Source of the DNA: Thermoplasmata archaeon
GTDB lineage: Archaea; Thermoplasmatota; Thermoplasmata; Lutacidiplasmatales; UBA184
DNA: 64,000 bases
NCBI GenBank assembly: GCA_035502015.1
Contig: DATJVA010000001.1
Coordinates: 676-64,675 of the forward strand
Reading direction: 5' to 3'
Below are positions 47,269 to 56,539 of this stretch, one piece after another (the first letter of the stretch is position 1; every line of letters starts with the position of its first letter). Under the pieces are notes generated by a model. It made no database searches, was not told the origin of the DNA, and saw only the letters and a program-made list of their open reading frames with translations. The position numbers were made by a program, and so were the translations under genes.

Positions 47269-47832
47269 ATGTCGACCTCCCGCCGCTTTGCGCGGTACCG
47301 ACCCACCGAAGGCGAGGTCGGGGGACGCCGCGTCTGGGCCGTCCCGCGCGCCGGCATGTGCCTGTCGGTGTTCGTGCTCGTCGGGGACCCGAAGAACCCG
47401 AACCTGGTCGTGCTCGGTCGTCCGGCGCCCTCCGCGCCATGGGACGAGATCGGGAACCTTGAGCCCGCGTCCCTCGAGGCGCTTCAGGAGCACTGGGTGC
47501 TCCCGGCGTGCCATCTTGTCGAGTTCGAGGGCCCGCGGGCGGCCGCCGAGCGGGTCGTACGGGAGCAGCTCGGTCTCGAGCACCTCGAGCTCCGGGGGCC
47601 CGAGGTGTTCTCGGACGCGTACCCGTCCGCGACTTCTCCAGAGAGCGGCTCTCACTGGGACATCGATTTCCTGTTCCATGCGGACTGGCCCCACGGCCGC
47701 GAGCTTCACTCACCGGCGTTCCGGGAGCTCCGTCTGATCGACACCCGGACGATCGGCGCTCCCAATCTCGGGCGGGGGCACGGGGACGTCCTGATCCTCG
47801 CAGGATATCCTCTCGGCGCCCGGATGACCTGA
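47269..47832 (+). CDS. NUDIX hydrolase
   Basis: ...EFEGPRAAAERVVREQLGLE fits the Nudix box G.5E.7REvxEExGu with one E->Q. Confidence 0.55.
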   Translation: MSTSRRFARYRPTEGEVGGRRVWAVPRAGMCLSVFVLVGDPKNPNLVVLGRPAPSAPWDEIGNLEPASLEALQEHWVLPACHLVEFEGPRAAAERVVREQLGLEHLELRGPEVFSDAYPSATSPESGSHWDIDFLFHADWPHGRELHSPAFRELRLIDTRTIGAPNLGRGHGDVLILAGYPLGARMT

Positions 47833-47912
47833 CCGCCGCCCGCCACCGCCCGGAAGTGGGGTCCGGGTCAGTCACCTCGAACTGTTATGTCGACTGCCGC
47901 GGTCGGAGCTCC

Positions 47913-48581
47913 ATGGAGTTCCGGCGCGAATGCGAGCGCTGCCATGCCGCGCTGACGGACGATGGGTCTGCCTACCATTGCACCCGCGAGTGCACGTTCT
48001 GCTCCGCTTGCTACCGACACCTCCACGGCGTCTGCCCGAACTGTTCTGGAGAGCTCGTGCGCCGCCCGCGTTCCGGCCCCGCTCATCGGTCTACCCACCG
48101 ACCCTCGCCCCCACCGCTCGACCCGCAGATCTGCGTCCGCAGGGCGGAGCGGGAGGACGTGCCACGGCTGGCCCCTCTCTTCGATGCGTACCGGCAGTTC
48201 TACGAACAATCCTCCGACATAGCCGCCTCCGAGAAGTTCCTCGACGACCGACTGGTCCGGGGAGAGTCGGTCGCGTTCCTCGCGGAGGAAGGTGGTGTGA
48301 CGGTCGGGTTCGTGCAGCTCTACCCGATCTTCTCGTCGACCTCGCTCGGTCGGGTGTACGTCCTCAACGACCTTTTCGTGGTACCCGGGGCCCGGCGGAA
48401 GGGGGTCGGCGGCCTCCTGCTCGAGGCGGCGCGGAACTGGAGCGACCGAGAAGGCGCTCTCTACCTCGAGCTCTCGACCGCCGTCGACAACCCCGCCCAG
48501 CGTCTCTACGAAGCCCACGGGTGGATGCCCGACCTCGAGTTCCTCCACTACGAGCTCCCGGTTCGAAAGCGCCCCGAGTGA
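47913..48581 (+). CDS. GNAT N-acetyltransferase with N-terminal Cys-rich zinc-binding domain
   Basis: MEFRRECERCHAALTDDGSAYHCTRECTFCSACYRHLHGVCPNCSGEL (8 Cys) then GNAT motif A VLNDLFVVPGARRKGVGGLLLEAA. Frame verified in the DNA. Confidence 0.7.
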   Translation: MEFRRECERCHAALTDDGSAYHCTRECTFCSACYRHLHGVCPNCSGELVRRPRSGPAHRSTHRPSPPPLDPQICVRRAEREDVPRLAPLFDAYRQFYEQSSDIAASEKFLDDRLVRGESVAFLAEEGGVTVGFVQLYPIFSSTSLGRVYVLNDLFVVPGARRKGVGGLLLEAARNWSDREGALYLELSTAVDNPAQRLYEAHGWMPDLEFLHYELPVRKRPE

Positions 48582-48638
48582 GCGGCGCTCGGCTGGGCAG
48601 TCCCGTCGAGGGTGGACCGGGCGTCCGGGTCGTTCGAT

Positions 48639-49517
48639 CTACAACCGGACTCGGGTCGTCGGGGCCTCGGGGAGGTCGCGAGCGGTGCCTCCCCGAGCCT
48701 TCTCCATCGCGTCGGTGAGGCGAAGGTTCACCTCGGCCATCACCGGCTCGCGGTCCTCGGGTTTACGGACCATGACCGTGAGCACGAGGTCGGTCGATTG
48801 CGGCGAGCGTGCCTTCACGGTGAAGACCGGAGGATAGCGCCGGTCGAGTCGAATGCGCAACCGGGAGAGCGCCTTCAACATGTCGCTCTCGAACACCGCG
48901 AGCTCGGCCGAGCCGGGGAGCGTGATCGGGATCACCACCTCCTTCCACGCCTGGGGAGTCAGGTTGATCACCGGCTCTCGCAGGAAGATCGAGTTCGGCA
49001 GTCCGACGAGACGGTCGTCGTCGGTGAGAATGACCGTGCTCATCGCGTTCACCTCGATGACCCGCCCGGCCTGGTCCCCGACCCGGATCGTGTCGCCGAG
49101 CTTGAACGGGGCGTAGAGGTCGGCGAAGTACTTCGCCCCGAAGTTCTCGAGCGGCTGGCGCAGCGCCACGACCGCCGCCACGCCGAGAAGGGCGATCACG
49201 AGGAGAAGGATGTCGACGCTGACGCCGAGCTCCTGCACCGCGAGGACGATGCCGACGAGCCAGACGATGACGACCCCGAGCCGCTGGGCCGCGACGGTGA
49301 TCTGCGGATTGCTCTGGCGCATGAACCCCCAGATCAGGAGTTCCACGACGTACGAGAACAGCCAGGTGAGCCCGAGGATCACCCCGAAGTAGAGGAGCGG
49401 AAGGATGTACGACGGCACGTCGAACAATCGCCTATCCCTCCTGGACCCGACGGAACAGCCGCGCCTCGCTTCGTACCGCCGCCTCGATCGAGCAGCGACG
49501 GGCCGTTCGCCGGCCAT
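48639..49517 (-). CDS. mscS: Small-conductance mechanosensitive channel (MscS family)
   Basis: 3 TM helices then YAPFKLGDTIRVGDQAGRVIEVNAMSTVILTDDDRLVGLPNS (MscS beta-domain). The annotated start overlaps the GT4 gene; a TTG at 49427 would remove the overlap. Confidence 0.8.
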   Translation of the reverse strand: MAGERPVAARSRRRYEARRGCSVGSRRDRRLFDVPSYILPLLYFGVILGLTWLFSYVVELLIWGFMRQSNPQITVAAQRLGVVIVWLVGIVLAVQELGVSVDILLLVIALLGVAAVVALRQPLENFGAKYFADLYAPFKLGDTIRVGDQAGRVIEVNAMSTVILTDDDRLVGLPNSIFLREPVINLTPQAWKEVVIPITLPGSAELAVFESDMLKALSRLRIRLDRRYPPVFTVKARSPQSTDLVLTVMVRKPEDREPVMAEVNLRLTDAMEKARGGTARDLPEAPTTRVRL

Positions 49518-50964
49518 GGCGGCTCAGGCGCTCCCGCAGCGGCCCCGGGTCGTGCAGGAGTCGAGTCATCGCGTGCTCCAGTCCCACCGGATCGTCCGGA
49601 TCGAAGAGCAGTCCGTTCTGTCCGTCGTCGATGAGGTCAGCGATCCCCGCCCTCCGGCTGACGACCGCCGGCTTACCGAACAGCCAGCTCTCCACCACCA
49701 CGAGCCCAAACCCCTCCCGGACGGACGGAAGGACGGTGAACGCACATCGCTCGTACAGGCACTCAAGCTCCCGCTGAGTGACGTGACCGGTGAAGACGAC
49801 GCGGTCCGAGACGCCGTGCTCTTCGGCCACCTCCTCAAGGTGGCGACGCCAGGATTCGGACTTCGATAGCCGTAGACCCACCCGGCTGTTGGAGAAGCTG
49901 CCGTTCCCGGCGAGCACGAGACGGAGGTGTGGGAACGAGTGCACGAGCTTCGCGACCGCGGCGATCACCCGGTCCTGAGCTTTTGCCGGGTCCATGCGGG
50001 CGACGACCAGTACCACGTCGGCGTCGGCCGCGATCTGGAATCGTTCGCACGTCGCCTGGACATCCGTCGCGCTCGGCCGTCCGTACTCGCTCGGGTCCAC
50101 GTAGGGGTAGAGCAGGGCCACGGGTCCCCGGTGTCCGTACCGCTTCAGCGCCGAACGGTACCGGTCCGCGCTCACGACCACGACGTCGTAGGCGCTCAGA
50201 TACGAGGAGATCGGAGCCCGCCAGGAGGCGGGGATCGCGCGCACGTCGAACGGGATGTGCCACCGGAACAGCTTGGGCTTGACGGTGCCGAGCATCTGTC
50301 CGACCGGCAGCTGCTGGAAGTCGTGGATGTAGAACGCGTCGAAGTCGACACGACGGTCGAGCTCCCGGATGAGCTCCGCCGTGGTTCGGTTGTAGTAGGT
50401 GTACTCGGTGAAGTCGTCGGTCCAGAAGAGGTCCGTAGGCTGGGTCGGTGACGGCACGCCGTGCACTCTCGTCCAGATCGTCTCCTTGGCCTTCCCGTAG
50501 CCGTCCAGCCGTCCGGGGTCGACCGAGATGTTGTGAAGCGTGATCCCGTCGGTGAGGTGAACGGTCTCGGGAGCCTGCGGGTTGAGCGCGACCCAGTGGA
50601 CCTCCTCCCAGACGCCTTCCGCCAACAGACGCTTCGCGAGCGGATAGACCATCCGAGTGACGCCACCGGGAGAGAACCGGTAGTCGACCCCTTCTTCGAG
50701 CTTTGAGAAATCCGGCTCGAGTTCCCACATCGCGCGACCGTCCTTCGCGGCCGCGGCGAACTGGAGGAGGGGCGTCTGCGTGTTGATGCACACGCGCATC
50801 GCCTCGGGGCGCCCGTCACCCACGGAGTTCGCGAGGGGGAGGACGTCCCCCTCTCCGTCCGCGTGATCGACGAGCGTTGTCTTGTTCACGAGTCCCGTAT
50901 CACTGTCCGCTGGGGAGTCCGGGAGCGGAGCCTCCGGCGAGGGGCTCGTCTTGCTTTCTCGCAT
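49432..50964 (-). CDS. GT-B-fold glycosyltransferase, family GT4-like
   Basis: C-terminal ...LPSVREGFGLVVVESWLFGKPAVVSRRAGIADLI (E-x7-E region). GAGGAAG SD before the ATG at 50964. Alternative starts are GTG 51030 or ATG 50799. Confidence 0.7.
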   Translation of the reverse strand: MRESKTSPSPEAPLPDSPADSDTGLVNKTTLVDHADGEGDVLPLANSVGDGRPEAMRVCINTQTPLLQFAAAAKDGRAMWELEPDFSKLEEGVDYRFSPGGVTRMVYPLAKRLLAEGVWEEVHWVALNPQAPETVHLTDGITLHNISVDPGRLDGYGKAKETIWTRVHGVPSPTQPTDLFWTDDFTEYTYYNRTTAELIRELDRRVDFDAFYIHDFQQLPVGQMLGTVKPKLFRWHIPFDVRAIPASWRAPISSYLSAYDVVVVSADRYRSALKRYGHRGPVALLYPYVDPSEYGRPSATDVQATCERFQIAADADVVLVVARMDPAKAQDRVIAAVAKLVHSFPHLRLVLAGNGSFSNSRVGLRLSKSESWRRHLEEVAEEHGVSDRVVFTGHVTQRELECLYERCAFTVLPSVREGFGLVVVESWLFGKPAVVSRRAGIADLIDDGQNGLLFDPDDPVGLEHAMTRLLHDPGPLRERLSRHGRRTARRCSIEAAVRSEARLFRRVQEG

Positions 50965-50995
50965 GGTGCTTCCTCGGAGACACTCACTTCGTGGT

Positions 50996-51009
50996 CCCGG
51001 GGCCCCGGG
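50996..51009. repeat. Perfect 14-bp palindrome CCCGGGGCCCCGGG between the C2H2 and GT4 genes
   Basis: Read directly. Possible hairpin (intergenic terminator/attenuator) on the minus-strand transcript. Confidence 0.3.
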
Positions 51010-51034
51010 TCCTTGCGTTACCCCTTCCACACTA

Positions 51035-51295
51035 TTAGTAGAGCGGCTGACGCCGGGGAGTTGGTCGAGGACGGGGCGTGGTCGACGGGTGGGGGCTCAG
51101 GTTGTGTCGCGTGAGGGCGTCCATGGTGGAGAACCGACGTCCGCACAGCGCGCAGACGAGGCCCGCCCGGTGAGACTCGGGGTTCATCGCAAGGCTGTCA
51201 CGAGCGTTCCCGCCCGAATGCGCCTTTCGAAGGTGAAGGATCACTTCCGCGGGCGAGCCGAACCAGGCGCCGCAGTCGGCGCACATCTCTGCCAT
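51035..51295 (-). CDS. Tandem classical C2H2 zinc-finger protein (2 fingers) with Pro/Arg-rich tail
   Basis: Start at MAEMCADCG (GGGAGAGG SD 8 nt upstream). Finger 1 is C-x2-C-x12-H-x4-H (CADCGAWFGSPAEVILHLRKAH). Finger 2 is C-x2-C-x12-H-x5-H (CALCGRRFSTMDALTRHNLSPH). Confidence 0.6.
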   Translation of the reverse strand: MAEMCADCGAWFGSPAEVILHLRKAHSGGNARDSLAMNPESHRAGLVCALCGRRFSTMDALTRHNLSPHPSTTPRPRPTPRRQPLY

Positions 51296-51590
51296 GTTCT
51301 CGCCTCTCCCATCGTAGGTGCGTCTCCACCTCCCGGCCCCCTTCTTGTAGATTTGTCCCACCGGAACCGGACCCCCGGCAATCGCCGGACCCGGGGGCCT
51401 AGGAATACCCCGATTGTCGAACTCTTCGGCGAGCGGATCTCGCCGGAATCACGGAAGAGATCGCAGCGTTGGACAAGGGTTGAAATAACATCGTCCCGGC
51501 TGGCCGCTTTGCCCTCGCCGAACTTCCCGCGCGCAACGAAGCGGGAGGAGCACGACGGGGAGTGAATTCTCAAGGAGGTGAAAAAGCAAA

Positions 51591-51986
51591 GTGACAGAAT
51601 TGACCGAACAGAGGCTCGGCTACGGATTCGGGCTACTCGGAGGCGCCCTCATCGCCCTCGGTGGGCTGGTGAGCCTGATCGTCGGCACGGCGGACCTCAT
51701 CCTGGGCCGGCCGAACGGGGCCATCAGCGCTGCGAGCAGCGCCGTGGTCCTCTTCGTGGTCGGCGGTCTCGCGATCTTCTTCGCGTGGCTCGCTCGACAC
51801 GACTGGAGCGCTCGTCCGCTCGCGAGCGGCGTGCTGCTGGTCGTGCTCGCCGTGGTCGGATGGGCGATCGTCGGGATCGACGCGAGCCTCCTAGCGCTGG
51901 TCGGCTCGCTGTTCGCCTTCTTGGCTGGAGTGCTGTTCCTGATACAGCCCGTGAAGAAGGCGGCCGAGCTCGCGGTCGCGGCGTAG
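51591..51986 (+). CDS. Small polytopic membrane protein (about 4 TM), GTG start
   Basis: AAGGAGGTG SD 13 nt upstream of the GTG. Gly/Ala/Leu-rich TM helices. Confidence 0.55.
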   Translation: MTELTEQRLGYGFGLLGGALIALGGLVSLIVGTADLILGRPNGAISAASSAVVLFVVGGLAIFFAWLARHDWSARPLASGVLLVVLAVVGWAIVGIDASLLALVGSLFAFLAGVLFLIQPVKKAAELAVAA

Positions 51987-52157
51987 CGTAGGGCGGAGCA
52001 ATCGCCCTGCGAATGCCCGGAGGGCGCGGGCAGCTTCGCGGCCCCACGAACCCATTCCCGCTCGTCATCGCCGTAGGTGGAAGTCGGGCGCTCACCGTGC
52101 AGGGAGGATTCCGTGCGCGAACCGTTATCTGAACGGAGGGTCCGATATCGGGCGGTC

Positions 52158-52703
52158 ATGGAGGACCCGATCGTCGTCGTCCGGTACGACCCGGCCTGGC
52201 CCAACGAGTTCCGTCACATCGGTGGGCGGTTGCGCGCGATCCTTGGCCCAGTGGCCCGCCGGATCGATCACGTCGGTTCCACCGCCGTGCCCGGACTCGA
52301 TGCGAAACCGGTCATCGACGTGCAGGTCTCGGTCGCCACGCTGGTCCCCGAAACGCCGTACCTCGAGCCCCTCGAGGCGAAGGGGTACCGCTGGCATCGC
52401 GACAATCCGGACCGTACGAAGCGGTTCTTTCGCGAGCCGGAAGGGGATCCGCGCACGCACGTGCACGTTCGTGTCGAGGGCGGATTTGACGAGCAGCTCA
52501 ACCTGCTCTTGAGAGACTACCTTCGGAACCATCTCGAATCGGCGGCCGAATACGCCCGGGCAAAGAGGAGCCTCGCCGAGAAGTTCCGAAACGACCGGGA
52601 AGGGTATGTTCGCGCGAAGGAACCGTCGGTCTGGGAGCTGATTCGGAGGGCGCACGACTGGGCTCAGGAGACCGGCTGGGGCCCGGGGCCGAGCGATGCC
52701 TGA
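52158..52703 (+). CDS. GrpB-family (UPF0157) nucleotidyltransferase-fold protein
   Basis: Start at MEDPIVVVRYDPAWP..F......L........IDHVGSTAVPGL.AKPVIDV... (GrpB hallmark). Confidence 0.75.
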   Translation: MEDPIVVVRYDPAWPNEFRHIGGRLRAILGPVARRIDHVGSTAVPGLDAKPVIDVQVSVATLVPETPYLEPLEAKGYRWHRDNPDRTKRFFREPEGDPRTHVHVRVEGGFDEQLNLLLRDYLRNHLESAAEYARAKRSLAEKFRNDREGYVRAKEPSVWELIRRAHDWAQETGWGPGPSDA

Positions 52704-52869
52704 CGGGACGCGCGAACCGTTGCGAGCGGCCACGCGTTAAGCGGCGCGCCGGACGACCCGAGGGTCGGCGCACCAGGGAATCGCTTAGATACTTCGAGCG
52801 CAACTCCGGTTCGGCCACGGGCCAGGAGGTTCACGGGAAGATGGCAGTTGAAGTGGATGCCAGCGTCCC

Positions 52870-53694
52870 GTGGACCGACTGAACAACGTCCGCCCGCGGA
52901 CCTGGCCGCCGCGTTCGATCCTCTACCGAATCTCCGGACCCGGGCCGGGTCAACCGATGCCCAACGAGGGATACCTGGACGAGAGCGTTCACTGGAAAGT
53001 GCGGAGCGGCCAGCTCGGCTTCGCCGAGCCGACGCACCGCGAGGTAGCGGAAGCGATCGAGGAAGCCGGGCTCGCCACCGAGGTCGGCCAACGCCTCGGC
53101 TCCGGAAAGGAAGCCGATGTCTATCTCTGTCGCGACGGCCGCAGCCTACTGGTGGTCAAGGTCTACCGACAGTACCGGACCGCCCACCGCGGGGGCGGGC
53201 CGATCAAGCTCGAATCGATGGGCCAGCGAGCGTCGAGGGAGTTCGAGCTGCTCGGTTACGCCTGGCAGGGTGGGGCCCGGGTCCCGAAGCCCGGTCGTCG
53301 TGTCGAGAACATGTTCTCGATGCAGTACCTCGGAACTCCCGCGGCGGCGGCGCCCATGCTGCAGCACGCTCGGGTCCGGGACCCTGAGCGGTTCCTGCGC
53401 TCGGTGACCGGAGGGGTGGAGGGGCTCGCGGAAGCGGGCGTCGTGCACTCGGACCTGAGCCCCTTCAACATCCTGGTCCACGAAGGAGAGCCGTGGTTCA
53501 TCGACCTGGCCGCCGGGATTCGGGTGGACCGTCTCGGAAACCCTGCGTGGGTCCGCCTGAACGAGGCGCTGACCGCCGTCGAGGCGGGTGCCCGGTCCCT
53601 GCAACGCTACTTCCGTCGGTACGACCTGGAGCTCGATATCGCGGACCTTCTCGCTCGGGTTCGCACTAAGATCGACCTGTTCCGAGTGGTGTAG
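52870..53694 (+). CDS. rio: RIO-type serine/threonine protein kinase
   Basis: LGSGKEADVY (P-loop), VHSDLSPFNILV (catalytic loop), FIDLAAG (metal-binding). Start possibly at 52954. Confidence 0.8.
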   Translation: MDRLNNVRPRTWPPRSILYRISGPGPGQPMPNEGYLDESVHWKVRSGQLGFAEPTHREVAEAIEEAGLATEVGQRLGSGKEADVYLCRDGRSLLVVKVYRQYRTAHRGGGPIKLESMGQRASREFELLGYAWQGGARVPKPGRRVENMFSMQYLGTPAAAAPMLQHARVRDPERFLRSVTGGVEGLAEAGVVHSDLSPFNILVHEGEPWFIDLAAGIRVDRLGNPAWVRLNEALTAVEAGARSLQRYFRRYDLELDIADLLARVRTKIDLFRVV

Positions 53695-53697
53695 CGC

Positions 53698-54474
53698 GTG
53701 CCCGCTGGGCCGGGACGGACTCGAATCGCCCGGCGGATCGAGTCGTCGCTGGGATTGAATAGCGCGACCCTGCTCCGCCGGGCGAGTATGGGAGGGTACT
53801 ACCGGAACCATCTCGTCGGCTCCGACCTCCAGCGGGTGTACGGGATCGCCTCCCCAAGGATCCGCCAATACCTTCGGGCCGAGATCCGGAACGTCGTGGA
53901 TCGGGTAAACGGGCTCGACCGAATCCTAGAGCTTGGGTGTGGATACGGGCGCATCCTCGGAGAGGTCGCCCCGTACGTCGGCCGAGCGGTGGGGATCGAT
54001 ATCGCTCGGGGCAATCTCCGGTCGGCTGCGTCGTATCTGCGGGCCCATCGAAACTGCGACCTAGCGGTCATGAACGCGGCCCATCTGGGGTTCCGGGACG
54101 CGCAATTCGACGCCACGATCTGCGTGCAGAACGGAATTTCGGCGTTCGGGGTCAACCGTTCCACGCTGATCGCCGAAGCGGTCCGCGTGACGAGAGAAGG
54201 GGGCCGGATTCTCTTCTCGACCTATTCGCCTCGAATCTGGGCGGACCGTCTCGATTGGTTTCGGGCACAGGCGCGGGCCGGACTCATCGGAGCGCTCGAC
54301 GAATCGCGAACCCAGGAGGGAACGATCGTTTGTCAGGACGGACTTCGTCTGACCACCGCCAGCGCGGAGGAGTTCCGCACCCTGTTTGGCGACCAGGGCC
54401 AGCGGGCTCAAATTCGCGAGATTGACGGCTCGTCGATCTTCGCGGAGGTTACGAAACGGGAGTTCTCTCGTTGA
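53698..54474 (+). CDS. Class I SAM-dependent methyltransferase (GTG start, coupled to rio)
   Basis: ILELGCGYGRIL (motif I) ... VGIDIA (motif II) ... FDATICV (motif III). Starts 3 nt after the rio stop. Confidence 0.7.
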   Translation: MPAGPGRTRIARRIESSLGLNSATLLRRASMGGYYRNHLVGSDLQRVYGIASPRIRQYLRAEIRNVVDRVNGLDRILELGCGYGRILGEVAPYVGRAVGIDIARGNLRSAASYLRAHRNCDLAVMNAAHLGFRDAQFDATICVQNGISAFGVNRSTLIAEAVRVTREGGRILFSTYSPRIWADRLDWFRAQARAGLIGALDESRTQEGTIVCQDGLRLTTASAEEFRTLFGDQGQRAQIREIDGSSIFAEVTKREFSR

Positions 54475-54572
54475 CCCAACTGATGCGGTGACCTCTCTCG
54501 TCGGTTGCGGAGGTGCGATCCGCCGCTCCCTCCATCGGTCCACGACTGTCGTTTCAGAATCTGGGAAACCGA

Positions 54573-54645
54573 TGGGCCGGGACGGATTCGAACCGTCGAT
54601 CTCCGCGTTGTAAGCGCGGCGTCCTCACCGCTAGACGACCGGCCC
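54573..54645 (-). tRNA. tRNA-Val (anticodon TAC); no encoded CCA
   Basis: Cloverleaf folded by hand: acceptor GGGCCGG/CCGGCCC, D-arm GTCT/GGAC, anticodon stem CCGCG/CGCGG, loop CTTACAA, T-arm GACGG-TTCGAAT-CCGTC, discriminator A. Confidence 0.85.
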
Positions 54646-56499
54646 TGCGTCCGAAGAAGACCGCTCCTCGGTCATGGGGCTGTCGGTCGGGGCGTGCTCA
54701 CGGTGTCGAACGCTCACCGCGAGCCCGCGGCCGAGCTCGGTCATGAGCGCGCCCGGCAGCTCCGCTTCTCCGACTCCCGCGAGCCGTCCGTCCCGGAGCA
54801 GAACCACCGCATCCCCGACCCGGATCCGTTCGTCCGCCCGCCGGACTCCCGGAGCGAACAGGTCCCCCTCGAGAGTGACCCCCGGGTCGACCTCGACCGC
54901 GAGAGGAGGGTCGGGCATCCAGCGTCGAGCGCCAGCCACTGTCAGCTGGAACAGTCCGCGCTCCTCGCGCCACGTCGCGAGGTCGTTGTGGCCGTCGGTC
55001 AGCCGTTGGAACCAGGGCCGGCCGCTGAGCCGGATCGGAGGGATGAACAATCGACGGGCACCCTCCCGGCCGAACTGGACCGCGGCCACGGCCTCGAGCT
55101 CCTCCCTCACGACCGAGAGCGGGCCTCCCGACACGGAGGTCTCGTCCGCGAGCGCGCGCTCGGTCTCGTGCCGCAGCGCGGCGACCGCCTCGTTCGTGGT
55201 CGTTCGACCGTCCTTCAGCGTCCAACGAACCGTGTCGGACGGCGGAAGCTCCTCCTCGAGGAACGAGTACTCCGACGGGTCGAGGTGCACGATCACGGAG
55301 CGGTACTGCCCCAGGCCGAGGAGGTGGGCGAGCGCGGTGCGAACGTACGCCCGCTCGCTCTCCTCCCACTCACCGGTGACGGGAATGTCGTAGTGCCGCG
55401 CGGGCGGCATGTCCTCGAGCTCGCGGGGCACAAGACCGATCGGCGAGCTGACCGAGACGACGTGGACCCGCTCGACAGCCCGGAGACCCTCGAGCGCGCC
55501 CCAGAACCGTCGGTGGCTGCGCGACCTGCGGTACGGTTTCGTCTTCGAGCACGGCACGAGCAGGAGCACCGTCTTGGAAGGTGGCGGGCGGTACCGTTCG
55601 ACGAGACGCGAGCGGAACCGCGCCATCTCCGGACGTCGGTGGGACTCGAGAAGGACGTAGTCACGAGAGCCCGAGGACGCGACCGGTGCCCGCTCATCGA
55701 GGAGGTCCCGAAGCTCCCGGTCCGCGTAACGGAGCATCTCGGCGAGCGCCGGCTCTGCGACGAGGTGGGCCTCTACGAGCTCGCGCAGTCGTCCTGCCCG
55801 CGCGGCGGCCCGCGTCTGAGCAAGGGCTTGACGCGAGGCAGCGACCGCATGCTCCGAAAGCGAACCGCCCGTCTCCGACCGGCAGGCAGGACAATCGCAG
55901 GAGCGATCTTCGTGAGCCGGTGCCGGGCGCCGTGCCCCGAGCAACGGGTCGAGGAAGGCTCCATCGGCCGCCGCGAGATGGGCCTCGGTCGTGTCGAGGA
56001 GGTCGACGCCGAGATAGACGAGCAGCGGGATCCGATGCGGCAGAGCGAGCCGGGGTGTCCAGAGGAGCGGGGACGCGCCGAGGAGCCGGCGGACTTCGCC
56101 CACGGCACGAACGAACGGGAGGCCGTCCGCCCACAGAGCCCGCGCGTTCCCGAGAACGACCAGCTCCGGGTGCTCCGCCCGCGCCGCCACGGCGGCCTCG
56201 GCGGTGATCGGCGAGTGGACCAACAGCGCCCGGGGTCCGACCGAATAGATGCCGGGGCCCTCCGCGCGGACCTCCGGGGAGAGGATAGGGGTCTCAAGCG
56301 CGAAGTGGGCCGTGCCGTCCGAGATCTCGAACCGACGTGTTCCCGCCGGGGCCGGCACCACGTTGCGTAGGGAGAATCCCGGCCCGTCCTCGCCAGCGAG
56401 GCGGCTCTCGAGAAGCCCGGGCGTGGTCAGGGCGAGCGGTCCGAGGGTCGCTCCCCCAAGGAGCCCAAGCCCCTCGAGGCGTTCCACCGTACGGGGCAT
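54631..56499 (-). CDS. arcS: Archaeosine synthase ArcS-like (TgtA2 paralog: TGT-like Zn site, PC-x3-KPY motif, C-terminal PUA)
   Basis: Start at MPRTVERLEG. SCDCPACR zinc motif. LVPCSKTKPYRRSRSH matches the ArcS signature. C-terminal ...IRVGDAVVLLRDGRLAGVGEA is a PUA domain. The last 5 codons (GPVV*) are the tRNA-Val 5' end. Confidence 0.7.
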   Translation of the reverse strand: MPRTVERLEGLGLLGGATLGPLALTTPGLLESRLAGEDGPGFSLRNVVPAPAGTRRFEISDGTAHFALETPILSPEVRAEGPGIYSVGPRALLVHSPITAEAAVAARAEHPELVVLGNARALWADGLPFVRAVGEVRRLLGASPLLWTPRLALPHRIPLLVYLGVDLLDTTEAHLAAADGAFLDPLLGARRPAPAHEDRSCDCPACRSETGGSLSEHAVAASRQALAQTRAAARAGRLRELVEAHLVAEPALAEMLRYADRELRDLLDERAPVASSGSRDYVLLESHRRPEMARFRSRLVERYRPPPSKTVLLLVPCSKTKPYRRSRSHRRFWGALEGLRAVERVHVVSVSSPIGLVPRELEDMPPARHYDIPVTGEWEESERAYVRTALAHLLGLGQYRSVIVHLDPSEYSFLEEELPPSDTVRWTLKDGRTTTNEAVAALRHETERALADETSVSGGPLSVVREELEAVAAVQFGREGARRLFIPPIRLSGRPWFQRLTDGHNDLATWREERGLFQLTVAGARRWMPDPPLAVEVDPGVTLEGDLFAPGVRRADERIRVGDAVVLLRDGRLAGVGEAELPGALMTELGRGLAVSVRHREHAPTDSPMTEERSSSDAGPVV

Positions 56500-56539
56500 C
56501 GCGAGGGCCTCCTGGGCGCGATCCGACCGAGACGGGCGG

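Noticed and set aside
51296-51590. 295-nt intergenic region considered for tRNA/SRP/RNase P RNA
   Set aside because: No cloverleaf or conserved RNA motifs could be folded by eye; only two short hairpins. It is left as a possible leader/sRNA region inside the C2H2 finding.
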